A stretch of DNA of 64,000 nucleotides from Eledone cirrhosa (lineage: Eukaryota). Shown here one piece after another: positions 33,247 to 45,712 of the stretch (positions are counted from its first letter, which is position 1; each line of letters begins with the position of its first letter). The translations under genes were made by a program, and so were the position numbers. Under the pieces are notes generated by a model. The model worked only from the letters and a program-made list of their open reading frames with translations, had not been told where the DNA came from and did no database searches. The DNA lies in NCBI GenBank assembly GCA_964016885.1, contig OZ024745.1, positions 92,566,001 through 92,630,000 on the forward strand, read 5' to 3'.

Positions 33247-33466
33247 CTGGAGATATTAGCACCAAAGAACTGAACAATGCTGTTTCTATGTCACGCAAAT
33301 GAAAGGCATTGAAGCGGGTACAGAAGTTAAAGAGAAAGTCAACAAAATGTTCTCCAAGAGGAAATCCAGCTTTCATGTCATCTCGGCTCATTAGCAACCC
33401 AGAGTCTGAGGCTATAATAGTATTGCTGTCCCCATCAACCAAATTGGAATGAACTACACAAGCAAT
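33247..33466 (-). CDS. Nuclear receptor exon: LBD helices 5-8
   Basis: IACVVHSNLVDGDSN...FNAFHLRDIETALFSSLVLISP. Acceptor ctttgtttag, donor GTAAAC. 220 nt, phase 0 to 1. Confidence 0.93.
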
Positions 33467-33896
33467 CTAAACAAAGAAATACAAAAGAAGAAGAAATATA
33501 TTATACTAGGATTTTTTCAACACGCTGATGCGTATGTGCATATACATTTATATAATTATAAACGCGCAAACACAGACACACTTACAAAAATACACACTCA
33601 GACATACATTCACACAAAACACACATACTCACACACAGCGTAGCAAATGGAACGGCATCCGTTGTTTTGCTATAGTTTTTTCACACATACATTCACACAA
33701 ACACACACACACTGTGTGGTGGACGGATGGATAGAAGTCGCTCAAATTTATATATAGATATATAAAAAATAGCATACCATTTAATCAGAAACATTAACCA
33801 TATATTTAATACTATGATAGAATACATGAACCATCATAGAAAAATGTGCTAGAGAAGGAACGCAAGCTAGATAGAGAATTTGAACCAGTAATAATG

Positions 33897-34112
33897 GTTT
33901 CTAATTGAGACACAAGACCAAACATTTTTGAGGAGAGTAAAGTCAATTAAATCGACCCCAGTACGTTTCTAGTGTTTTATTTTATCGACCGCGTAAGGAT
34001 GAAAGGTAAAGCTAACCGTGTAGGGATTTGAACTCAGACCGTAAAAGGCCATAACTCTATGCTGCAAAACATGTTGTCCGACGCTCTGCTGATTACTGCC
34101 AATCCACCGCCC
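33897..34112 (-). mobile_element. SINE copy
   Basis: Same family as 2026-2235. Confidence 0.8.
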
Positions 34113-34474
34113 TTATTTGGACAAGTAATACTGATCTTTAATTTAGGCACAAGGCCAATAATTTATAGCAAGACATTTTTTTTCCTATTACTTCAGTCCA
34201 TTCAGTTGACAAAAATGAGTTGTACCTGTAATTCATAAGGCCAGCCTTGTCACACAATGTGTCATACTGAATCTCCCTGAGAACTACATTCAGGATGCAT
34301 GTGTCAGTGGAATGCTTGGTCACTTGCACATTAATTTCATGGGCAGGCTGTATTATTGTTCCAGCAACGGAAATGATGAAGGTTCAACACACACAGACAC
34401 TATCTTTAAATGCAACCTGTTACAGTGGTTGGAAATATAGTGAGCCATTGCTTAGCCCATTAGAAACATCCAAA

Positions 34475-34663
34475 TTGTTTCTATTTTTTGGCACTAGGCC
34501 AGCAAATACCCAGTGCATTACTGGTACTTTATTTTATCGACCCTGTAAGGATGAAAGGCAAAGTTAACCTCGGCGGGATTTGAACTTAGAAAGGCAAGGG
34601 CCGTAACTCTATGCTAGAAAGCATAGTGTCCAACCCTCTACCGATACTGCCAATCCACCGCCC
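34475..34663 (-). mobile_element. SINE copy
   Basis: Same family as 2026-2235. Confidence 0.8.
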
Positions 34664-35026
34664 TTAATAACAACAATAATAATGATACTTATCTTAATAG
34701 AAAACTTCCGTAATCTACATATTATTTATTCCCATCCATCGATTGTATTTGACTTCTGTATAAGGTTAGGACATTTCTATAATTTTTTAATATATTAATT
34801 ATATATTGAATGTTTATTGATTGATTGAATATTGCAAATCAGCCCTCGCATATATGTGTGTGTGTGCGCGCGTATATATATATATATATATATGCAGAGG
34901 TTATATTTAATTTGTTGGGATTCAACAAGCTTAAAAATGTTTATAACTGATATAAAGCACTCAACAGTTACTGGAGTAAATATTCAATATATTAATAAAT
35001 GGAAACTATATTTATAAAACCATAAT

Positions 35027-35092
35027 TATTTTATTATATATATTTCAAGGGCAACCAAGGCAAATTTTGGTGCGCTTTCATCAGATAAAATA
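35027..35092 (-). ncRNA. Minimal hammerhead ribozyme in a short repeat element (about 34882-35160)
   Basis: UAUUUUAU-CUGAUGA-AAGcGCACCAA...UUGGuUGCcCUU-GAAA-UAUAUA-UA-AUAAAAUA. Perfect 8-bp stem I. Confidence 0.75.
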
Positions 35093-35224
35093 CAAAATTT
35101 GTTTTATAAATATTTTACATACCCGCATAAAGACAACCTTAATGGTTGAGGTTCGCTGGATATATATATATATATAATGTGCTCACCTGGGTGAACCTAG
35201 AGTAACTCATGTTACACTCCCTGG

Positions 35225-35256
<32 letters not shown>

Positions 35257-35786
35257 TCCCACCCCCCCCACCCCATCTACACCGCCCCTTTCAATGTAAA
35301 GTTATGTTGGTACCACAACATCCAGGCCGAAACAAATGAGAGCGTGTAGGTGTCACGACAAAAAAACACACAGTCCACGCTGTAATGTGGCCGTGTAGGC
35401 AACACGGTAAAAACCTCCCAGCCCCACACTGTAAATGTGGTTGGTGTTAGGAAGGGCATCCAGCTGTAGAAAACCCGCCAGACTATCCTATGCGAGCAAG
35501 ACAACCACTCTTGCCTCAAGTGGGAAAACCCCCATCCAAACCCATGCAAGCGTGGAACATGGACGTTAAACCTTGATGATGATGATGATGATGATGATAT
35601 ATGATTGATTAGGTTTGAAAATGAATAGTGGAGTTCTTTGTTGGTGGGAATCTTAGTTGTTTGAATTCTACCAACCAATCAATGTATTCTTTCTACAACT
35701 GTCTTCTTCAATTTTGGAGGTCACCTGACAGCATGGTGGTGAACTGCTAGAATCAGGAAGCTAGCAGAATTGCTAATCATCTACAT

Positions 35787-36300
35787 CATGGGTGTGCAAC
35801 CTATTCCATTGGCGGACCATTTTTGAACATTGGAACTATTAGGGCCATTAATATTTATTAAGAACGATGGATTGGCAGTATTGGTGGAGGGTCGGACACC
35901 ATGCTTTAATGCAAAGAGATACAGTCCTTTCCATTCTTAGTTCAAATCCCGCCAAGGTTAACTTTGCCTTTTATCCTTACAGGGTCGATAAAATAAAGTA
36001 CCAGTAATGCACTGGGTAATTGCTGGCCTTGTGTCAAAAGTAGAAACAATATTTATTACGAATTATTCCAAAGATTCACCACAACTTCTTCCCATAACAT
36101 AGAACTGGGAAATTATAACACACATAACCCTATCAGTGAAGCCCTTTAGTATAGGTCAACTAACAGAAAATTGTATTATGGTTACGAAAAAAATTCTAAA
36201 TAAATCTACAAGGTAAAAATTAAAGACGGTCATCGTGGACCACTCTGACTGGTCTGGCGGGTCGGATTGTGGCCCACGGGCTGCCTGTTGCACATCCCTA
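35787..36300. mobile_element. hAT (Charlie-like) MITE with nested SINE
   Basis: Imperfect TIRs CATGGGTGTGCAAC / GTTGCACATCCCTA. Exact 8-bp TSD ATCTACAT at 35779-35786 and 36301-36308. Confidence 0.8.
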
Positions 36301-36895
36301 ATCTACATCCTGCTCATGTGTTGTAATTAGCCCAGATTGTGTAACATTTGCTGATATTGCACAATCCTCTGCATATAATGCATTTAATAACTGTTATAGG
36401 TGGAAGATTACAAAGAAACGGTATTCCGTCCAGATCGAACCAATACCTGAACTCATTGACTAGACCAGTTGAGAGTTTTAAGTATGCTGTTGGTTAAGGA
36501 CCTGGTACACAACAAGTAATGAGATATGAACCCCAATAATTCTTCAATCAACAGACCGGCCCTATCAAACTAAACCAGCTGTGGTTCACAGGATTAACAG
36601 AGCTTTATTAAAAATGTCTAAGTATTTTCAAGGTTGGTTTAGCAGCAGGTCAGCCATGACCAAGCAGACCTATTATTGAAGGCTTTGTAGCCATGCCCAT
36701 TCAGTCTTTTTTTACATATCTAGAACTATATTGTCCTTCCTATTTTAAAACAGTAAAGTGTAATTTCAGTGAAAGTGACTGCTGTATCTAGCACATGGTA
36801 GAAGATTCATTTATAGAAATTTATAAAATTACATAAAGAACATCAACAATAAAATCTTGAAAAAAAAGGAAAAAAATTTTATAAACAATATTCAC

Positions 36896-37072
36896 CTCAA
36901 AACAACCCCCTTTTATCAATTTAATCTGACTGTCTTGTTCTAAAGATGTAAAGCCAGGGATTTTTTTCGCAAACACTATTACATCTTGTATGGTTTTATT
37001 TATACGGTGTTGAAAACTTTGCCAGCAAAGATCGCCTAACTTTTCAGTTCTAGAAGACAATGATGGGCCATC
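36896..37072 (-). CDS. Nuclear receptor exon: LBD helices 3-5
   Basis: DGPSL...WQSFQHRINKTIQDVIVFAKKIPGFTSLEQDSQIKLIKGGCFE contains the NR signature FAKxIPGFxxLxxxxQxxLIK. Acceptor ttcttccag, donor GTGAAT. 177 nt. Confidence 0.95.
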
Positions 37073-38594
37073 CTGGAAGAAAAAACAAGATTGAAAAGTA
37101 GATAAAAATGGAAATAAAATATTATAAACAACTTCAACACATACAAACAAAATATGTATATAGATGAAAATACATATACTATCTGGGATCTCCAAAATTT
37201 AAGAAATTTTTGTTAAGTAATGTTTCAAACAGCAGCTTACCAATGAAAAGGTCAGTTATTTTATAAAATTCTTCTAAAATTTTCCAAAAGAACAACAAAA
37301 AAAAAAAAAAAAAAAAAAAAAACCCCATCATTGTATAGGTGTGCCACATGAGAACTTAACTGAAGGGAATTCTAGAGAGATACATAAAATAAACAGCAAA
37401 CAGCATCAAATAAATTAGTGGCAATACAATATACATAGGCAAGGTTCTGGACCAGGAAAGTTCCTTTGCATGTTGCTGACCTGGGAAAGGCTTTTATGGA
37501 AGATTAACAGCCATCCATACAAGTAAGGTTCCCTTCTTCATGCCATCTTGGTTGTAAAAGGGAAAAGTTTAAAGTATTGATATAACCTGGTACCAGTAAC
37601 CTCTGAAGGTAAAGAACCCAAAGAGATATGTCAAGGCATCATGTCCAAAGTACTAACTAATTCCACCAATCTACTACTGTAGACTGGTCCTTTATTTATT
37701 GACGCTGAAAGGATGAAAGGTAAGGTAGACCTTGGCAGGATTTAACTCAAATTTAACTGGAACAGATATTGTGAAGTATTTAATTCAATGTTCTATCTAC
37801 TCTGCCAATTCACCACCATATACTAATACTTCTGAAAATACACAGGTACACACAACACAACACACACACAACAGAATACACAAACACACAACACAACACA
37901 CACAGCAATAAGAGAGTAAACACTGAAATTAATTCAACACAAACATATATAGAAACATAACAAATATATAAAAATATCTCTAACTAAAATAAATAAAACT
38001 ATACAACATTTATCCAGTTGCCCAACCTAATAGGGTCATTCCAGAAAAACTTATCAGGGGTGCGTCCCGGAGATCTTCAAATTTTCACCATTTATTGGTA
38101 TCCACTTACCAATCAGATTTTATGGCTATTCAAAGATTTGGGCAATTTCCAAAATTTTGAAAATCTCCCCAACCACTTTACAGCGTGTATTGGTTGCATT
38201 TAGGAGAATTAATTAAAGGGTTTAGTTTTAAATCTAGATGTTTTGTTGGCCAGTAGAAATCCTACATTTCAGCTTCTCTCACATATTTCTAGACATTTGG
38301 ATATATGTGAATACAAGAAGAGAGAAAATAATGGCAAGAATGGTCAAAAATCACATGTGGAATTTATAAATATTTTGTAAGGGTGTACAGAAGATTTCAG
38401 ACCATAGTAAATATAAAGGAGCATAACTAAATACACAAAGTATTTTCTTTCTGATGTCATCAATTCTACCATCAAGATATTCAATATAATGATTTCTAAT
38501 ATTAGCTCTAAGTAGCCACATATTTCAAACATGAATACAATTGATTAAATTCCCCTCAGTTTTTAAGTGAAACTTCTTTTATCAATGAAAGTGG

Positions 38595-39028
38595 GAAGAC
38601 ATATTGGTGAGGTTTGATGAGAAGATATTTTGGTGGGGTTTGGAGGGAAGACATCTTGGTCGGGTTTGGTGGGAAGACATCTTGGAAGGGATTGGTGGGA
38701 AGACATCTTGATGGAAAACATCTTGGTGGGGTTTGATGGGAAGACATCTTGGTGGGGTTAGATGGGAAGAACTCTTGGTGGGGTTTGGTGGGAAGAAATC
38801 TTGGTGGGGTTTGGTGGGAAGAAATCTTGGTGGGGTTTGGTGGGAAGACATCTTGGTGGGGTTTGGTGGGAAGACATCTTGGTGGGGTTTGGTGGGAAGA
38901 CATCTTGGTGGGGTTTGGTGGGAAGACATCTTGGTGGGGTTTGATGGAAAGACATCTTGGTGGGTTTGGTGGGAAGATATTTTGGTGGGGTTTGGTGGGA
39001 AGACATCTTGGTGGGGTTTGATGGGAAG
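38595..39028. repeat. 26-bp G-rich minisatellite, about 16 copies
   Basis: Unit TTGGTGGGGTTTGGTGGGAAGACATC. Confidence 0.95.
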
Positions 39029-40510
39029 AGTAAAAAGTGAAGTTGATCTTAACAGAATTTGAACTTAGAACGTAAAGGGACATAATGATTTCTGTATTAA
39101 AAACATGATATAATGTAAACAGAATCAGCATAAATAAATAAAATATAAAGTTTTGAACTAAGAATAATAATCCCAGCCCTTTAAATATACCTCCAATAGC
39201 TAAAGGACCATGTTTAACCTTCTTCATACTAACTCACCTCACACCATCCTTGGATTTAAGATACAAAACTGCTTGTTATAAAATGTTCATCTTCATCACT
39301 GTTTAACATCTATTTTCCATGTTTGCATTGTTAGACAAACTGTCACATTATGAGACTAGATAGGTCAGGTTACCACATCCAGTTCATATGTTCCATTTTG
39401 GCCTTGGTTTTCTACAGCTAGATGCTCTTCCTAATGTCAACCACATTACAACAAGTGCTGGGAACTTTTCTCATGGCATCAGCACTACTGCCTTACAGGA
39501 TGGCCTTAGTGCTTTTTGTAATATTTATATTAAAACCTTCAAACCTTATTTTATGTAATAATTCTTTGTTAAGTTATATTCTACATATCAGCTTACTAAC
39601 AAAAAGTTATTTTACTAAATTCCTCCAAATTTTCCATTATTATTATTTTGTTTTTCTAAATTAAATGAAACATATTCATAGAGTATTTCATTAGAAATAC
39701 TAGCAGAAAAACCACCGAAGGTGGTTTTCTGCTAGTATGTGTAGTGTGCATATTGATATTATATGCAAATAGATATGCATATAGATATGATACGTCCAAT
39801 AAAATCATAATTGACAATATGCACAGAAATTGAAGAGAGACTGTGTTACACTCTCTTCTGTAATCAGTAAAGTAATCCATGATACCTTTAAAAAAGACAA
39901 TATTATATATAAACTGCATTGCAGTGAAATGTTATGAAAACGAAAAAGGGGGAACTTAGCAACGGAAATATAAATCTTATATAATGATGCAAGTCTATCA
40001 ACGTTTATATAAGCGATGTGATATAGCGTCTATTATATCACAACTGGATATTGACATTTGAAAAGAAGTGAATCTTGAAATAAGTAATAAAACTATTTAT
40101 ATTTAATCAAGAGTTACAAAATTTAGTACATAAATTATGTAATATTCATTCATTATTTATTCAAAGTAATCTAACTTATTTTACTAACGGGATAAAAATA
40201 TATATTCAGGACACAGTCCCGCACTCTTCCCTTTATTATATTATGATGGTAATAAAAGGGTTAGCATGAAAGATGAAAAACAATATGCAGAGCAAGGAGA
40301 AAAAAGAAAAAAGTAAACACCATAACAAAGCCCAAAGAAGTTTTAAGAAGAAATTTCAGATTTCATATTTGAGGACAAAACCACAAATAAAAAAATGGGA
40401 TCAGTTTCATTAATTTTGTCATAGAAAGCCAGAATCAGTTCCCGTCCCATCCTTGCAAGCAGGAAAAAGTGGACGTAAAATGACGATGATGAATCTGTTT
40501 TGGTGTTTAA

Positions 40511-40968
40511 CTCTTTAGCATTTATATTACTCTATGTTAACTATTGTATTTTCATGGTAAAGACTCTCACATTAAACTATCTCACATTTTATCGACTCTA
40601 TGAGATTATGATATTATTTATTTTGAGAACAATACCTTAACATCAGTATGAGGGGCCAGTTATGAGCGCTTTGAACAGAAAGAGGTGAGAGAATTTTGGC
40701 CAGATATGGCTGGTTTAAATGCTAAAGTGTTAATCCTTTTGATATCAAACCACTTGAAACTGCCCTGGTTTTCGATACAAAATTCCTCATTTGAAAATAT
40801 TTATATTGAAACCTTCTATCAAAATATTTTAAAAGAAATTTTTGTTAACTAAACATTAGATTAATAATGAAGAGGTTAATTATTTAAATAAATTCCTCCA
40901 AATGTTTTGTGATTTTCAAAATTAATTGAAACAGAGTGTATTTCATGAGAAATATGGTAACAAAAGGG
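40511..40968. mobile_element. Two adjacent TTAA MITEs sharing a TTAA site (40730-40733)
   Basis: First is the same family as 43303-43523. Second runs TTAATCCTTTTGATATC...GGTAACAAAAGGGTTAA and has a relative at about 31763-32000. Confidence 0.65.
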
Positions 40969-41804
40969 TTAAGAATTTTTGGTGATGAATTGTGGATTGT
41001 ATCATGTATACACAGCTGCTAATATTTTATTCCATTTTCCATATACTCTGTTCCTATACGAGTTAGAAGTCATCTTGTTTCTACATTCCACTTTTAGCAT
41101 GGCTAATCTGGTTAGATGCTCTTTATAAAACCAATTACTTTACAGAATGTACAGGATGTGTTTTGCTGTGGAACTAACACTTGAACAGTTGTCATATCTT
41201 CAACAAGACTAAACAGTCCTTTCTACCTTACATTGTCACTATTCAATCATCAAAGAAGGAAAAAAAAACAAAAAAACAACAACAGAATTATTGATATAAG
41301 CAATGCATACCATTAATAAGAAACATACTTATAGACGTGACAAAAATCAGCCAGCGCATCCTGTAAGGTGGTAGTACTGGTACCACAACTAAAAAGCATC
41401 CAACCTACCTTGTAAGGTGGTAGTGCTGGTGCCACAACAAAAAAGTAGCCAGCTCATCTTGTAAGGTATAGTGCTGGTGCCACAACAAAAAAGCAGTCAG
41501 TTTACCCTGTAAGGTGTTGGTGCCATGAAAAAAATCTCCCAGTCCATGTTGAAATGCGGTTGGCATTAAATAGGGCATCCAGCCATAGAAAACCAAGCCA
41601 AAAATAGATCATATGAGCAAGACATGGCTAGCTGACCTGTCTATCCCCATAACGTGACAACATATCTAACCCATGCAAGCATGGAAAATAGATGTTAAAC
41701 AGTGATGATGTTTATGTTAAAGGAATATTTAATATAACACAAAAACATCCTATAGTAAACATTAAAAAAAGAGAAAAGATCCTTTTGTTACTGGGATCAC
41801 TTAC

Positions 41805-43177
41805 TTTAATATCCTCATTCAGACGTTTTCCTATCATACTGTCCAATAATTTGCCTGGCTTCAGCTCCTGATAACGCATTTGAATTGCTGCCATTCGACT
41901 TTCTTGGCAACCAAAGCTGTTGCTAAAAGCTTCTTCTATTATCATTGTCATGTTTGGAATGGTTTCATCCTCACTTCTATGCAAACTGTTCAAATGTTGT
42001 CCACTAATGCTTGCACCAGCAGCATTATCATGAGCCACAGATGGCAAAGTCATCATATGGTCAGCAGAAGACTGGTAACTGATCCGTTCTTGCTTGACTA
42101 CAGTTAGACTAGGGGACGTTGTGTCAGGTATCTGCTGCTCCATTCGATGCCAGGGAATGGATGTCATATTACATGATAGATTCACTGGTTCTGGAGACAA
42201 TGTCTCCTTAGGTGACTGATTATTGAAGCAGCTGTCACTGTCTTTCACCTCTTGCTTGATGTGTTTACTTGGTTGAATACTATTACAACTCTCCTCTTGT
42301 TCAGAAATCATATAGGGTCGCTTTTTAATTGGACTTCGATTCACCGGTTTGTCATGCTTGAAAGTCTTACGTAGATCTAATGAAGTGTTGGCTACAATTA
42401 CAGATGGCTGTGTAGTAGTAGTAATAGTATTGACAGTTGTGGACAGACTGCGGTCAGTGTGCTTGTTGACAGCAACTGAGTTGGTGCTCACCGGGTTCAT
42501 AAGCTGCACTGATGATGTTCGATTTATATAGGAGTTATGAAAGCGTTGTGTTGAAGGAGATACTGTAGTGATTGCATGGGAAGTTGGCCGAATATCGCTG
42601 CAGGGTTTCAATAGAAACGGGGATTGTTGCACACCAAATGAGACACTAGAAGGAATACTTAAGATAGAACTAACAATTGACTGTACAGCAGGTTTGTGCG
42701 CTGTTGAAGGAACAGATATAGGACTGCGTTCAACGGCAATGGGTTTAGGGTAAGAAGAACTGTCATCAACAGGCTCAGGTAATTTCGAGCCCTCATCAGA
42801 CTCAGCATCTGATATGTTAGTGAAAGGAGAATTTTCTCCATTAGCAAGTAGTTTATGCTCTTCAACTACCATCTTAGGGGGACAAGTGCTGACAGCTCTG
42901 TTCTTCAGAAGAAGGGAAAGCGCAGTGACAGAAGATCTGTTGACAGAGTTTGCCTCTGAGTCAATATGTATGGATGATGTGACAGCAGCTGTTGAAGAAA
43001 CTAGAGGTGACAGGTCTGAGTTGCTGGGGCTGGGAGCTTGGACAAATGCTGGCAGCATCTCAGGGGTCATCTCTGACTGTAAGCTTAATAAGCCATGTAA
43101 TGCTTGTTGAGTCTGAGTATCTTCAATTGTCTTTATCATCTCTCGCATCTTTCGAGAACGGCGGCCAAGTTTGGCAG
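41805..43177 (-). CDS. Nuclear receptor exon: DBD C-terminal extension, long S/T/P-rich hinge and start of LBD
   Basis: AAKLGRRSRKMREMIK...KRLNEDIK, contained largely in ORF 41712..43148. Acceptor tctgttgtag, donor GTAAGT. 1373 nt, phase 1 to 0. Confidence 0.9.
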
Positions 43178-43302
43178 CTACAACAGAAACAGAGAGGACA
43201 ATGTGAGTAACATAACAGAGAGGACCATGTGAGTAACATAAGCAAGTAATAACAAGATAAGTCTTGGGAAAATTTAGTCAGTGGCAGGATTATTTCATTT
43301 AA

Positions 43303-43523
43303 CCCTTTAGCATTTACATTACTCTATATTTACTATTATATTTTCACAGTAAAGGCTTTACCTCACATAATTATCTCACATAATATCAAATCTATGAGAT
43401 TTTGATAGTATTTATTTTGAAAAGAATACCTTAACATCAGTATGAGTGGCCGATTTCGGACGGTTTCGACAAAAAGAGGTGAGAGAATTCTGGCCGGATT
43501 TGGCCGGTTTAAATGCTAAAGGG
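43303..43523. mobile_element. piggyBac-like MITE
   Basis: 14-bp TIR CCCTTTAGCATTTA with TTAA on both sides. Other copies at 40511-40729, 3188-3380 and 2389-2967 (the last interrupted by nested repeats). Confidence 0.82.
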
Positions 43524-43569
43524 TTAAAGAATGAAATTGAACAGTTAATAAGAATAAACCATAACTAAC

Positions 43570-43720
43570 CTGTTCTTGACATGCCCAATGCCAAACATTT
43601 CTGCAGACGACAGTACTGACAACGGTTCCTTGTTTGCACTGTTATTTCACAGTTCTTGTTATAAAAACACTTCTTCCGAGTTGGGTCGCCAATATCTTGT
43701 AAAGCACGTCTAAAAAATCC
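43570..43720 (-). CDS. Nuclear receptor exon: DBD zinc finger 2
   Basis: My translation: [50 protein letters not shown]. Acceptor tattttttag, donor GTTAGT. 151 nt, in frame with both neighbours. Not in the ORF track. Confidence 0.95.
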
Positions 43721-44084
43721 CTAAAAAATACAAAAACAACAAGAGAAATAAATAACGAGAGGTAAATTATACATATCTGAGTAACTTATAATAATTTTCT
43801 TTCATATTCAACATTTTATCCAAGCTAATATTTCCTTAAAAGAAATATTTCTACATATTTGTAGTTTGGGAGTTAAGATAACTGGATGTAGATGAATGCT
43901 GAGAGCTGTAGAAGCCATGTACAGGGGTCTGTCAAAGGATAACTAAGTGTAGAGAAATAGCTTGTGAGAGATGTACAAGCTATATACAGGGGTAGTGTTG
44001 GTAAACTGAAAAGATAACTTAGTGTAGATGAATGTTATGTATCTTAGGGAAGACAGCATAATGCTTGTGGATGCTGTGTGATGT

Positions 44085-44745
44085 GAGACAGTGTGATGTG
44101 GGGGCCCATAAACTAGGTCATATAGTGATGTGAGCCTGTGTGATGTGGGTCATAAGCTAGGTCATATAGTGGTGTGAGAGTGTGATGTGGGTCATACAAT
44201 AGGTCATATAGTGGTGTGAGAGTGTGATGTGGGTCATACAATAGGTCATATAGTGGTGTGAGAGTGTGATGTGGGTCATACAATAGGTCATTGAGTGATG
44301 TGAGTCATACACTAGGTCATATAGTGATGTGGGTCATAGACTAGGTCATATTGTGATGTGAGAGTGTGATGTGGGTCATACACTAGGTCATATAGTGATG
44401 TGAGAGTGTGATGTGGGTCATAGACTAGGTCATATAGTGATGCGAGACAGTGTGATGTGGGTCATACACTAGGTCATATAGTGATGTGAGACAGTGTGAT
44501 GTGGGTCATACACTAGGTCATATAGTGATGTGAGAGTGTGATGTGGGTCATACACTAGGTCATATAGTGATGTGAGACAGTATGATGTGGGTCATACAGT
44601 GATGTGAGACAGTGTGATGTGGGTCATACAGTGATGTGAGACAGTGTGATGTGGGTCATACACTAGGTCATATAGTGATGTGAGACAGTGTGATGTGGGT
44701 CATACACTAGGTCATATAGTGATGTGAGACAGTATGATGTGGGGC
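44085..44745. repeat. 42-44-bp minisatellite rich in RGGTCA
   Basis: Unit GTGTGATGTGGGTCATACACTAGGTCATATAGTGATGTGAGA(CA), about 15 copies. Confidence 0.95.
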
Positions 44746-44909
44746 CAAGTCAACTACGAAACCCATACATGGTTGCCCCAGAATCAAATTTTCTACTTGG
44801 TGTTAAAACATCAGGTTTTGTCTCCAAAGAGGGTAGCTCCTTCTCCCTACTGTAAAACTCAGTTATTTATGCAACCCCTCTCTTAGCTAGTATTATTTCT
44901 CTTTATTAA

Positions 44910-45077
44910 GGGCAGTGGATTGGCAGTATTGGTAGAGGGTCAGATGCCGTGCTTTTCAGCATAGAGTTCAAATCCTGCCGAGGTTAACTTTGCCTTTCAT
45001 CCTTATGTGATCGATAAAATAATGTACCAGTAATATACTGGAATAATTGCTGGCCTTGTGCCAAAAGTAGAAACAAT
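44910..45077 (+). mobile_element. SINE copy (further + copies at 35866-36049 and about 50090-50400)
   Basis: GGGCAGTGGATTGGCAGTATTGGTAGAG...GAGTTCAAATCC...GGCCTTGTGCCAAAAGTAGAAAC. Confidence 0.8.
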
Positions 45078-45202
45078 TATTTCTCTTTATTCGTAAAATC
45101 CCAATACCAATTTGTTAAACTCACTCTTATATTTATAACGAACCATGTTTATATGAGTGGTCTTTATCAAAATTGTATTTTCTATAAATGGAGATTTACG
45201 GC

Positions 45203-45712
45203 TGAATCAACAAACCATGTCTTAGCTATTGTATGGTACTGGAATCAACAAACCATGTCTTAGCTATTGTATGGTACTGGAATCAACAAACCATGTCTTA
45301 GCTATTGTATGGTACTGGAATCAACAAACCATGTCTTAGTTATTGTATGGTACTGGAATCAACAAACCATGTCTTAGTTATTGTATGGTACTGGAATCAA
45401 CAAACCATGTCTTAGCTATTGTATGGTACTGGAATCAACAAACCATGTCTTAGTTATTGTCTAGTATTGGAATCAACAAACCATGTCTTAGCTATTGTAT
45501 GGTACTGGAATCAACAAACCATGTCTTAGTTATTGTATGGTACTGGAATCAACAAACCATGTCTTAGCTATTGTATGATACTGGAATCAACAAACCATGT
45601 CTTAGCTATTGTATGATACTGGAATCAACAAACCATGTCTTAGTTATTGTCTAGTATTGGAATCAACAAACCATGTCTTAGCTATTGTCTGGTATTGGAG
45701 TAAACAAACCAT
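45203..45712. repeat. 38-bp minisatellite, about 13 copies
   Basis: Unit GGAATCAACAAACCATGTCTTAGCTATTGTATGGTACT. Confidence 0.95.

Noticed and set aside
38556-39227. Proline-rich repetitive ORFs
   Set aside because: Product of a 26-bp (non-triplet) minisatellite in an intron; no splice context that keeps the receptor frame.
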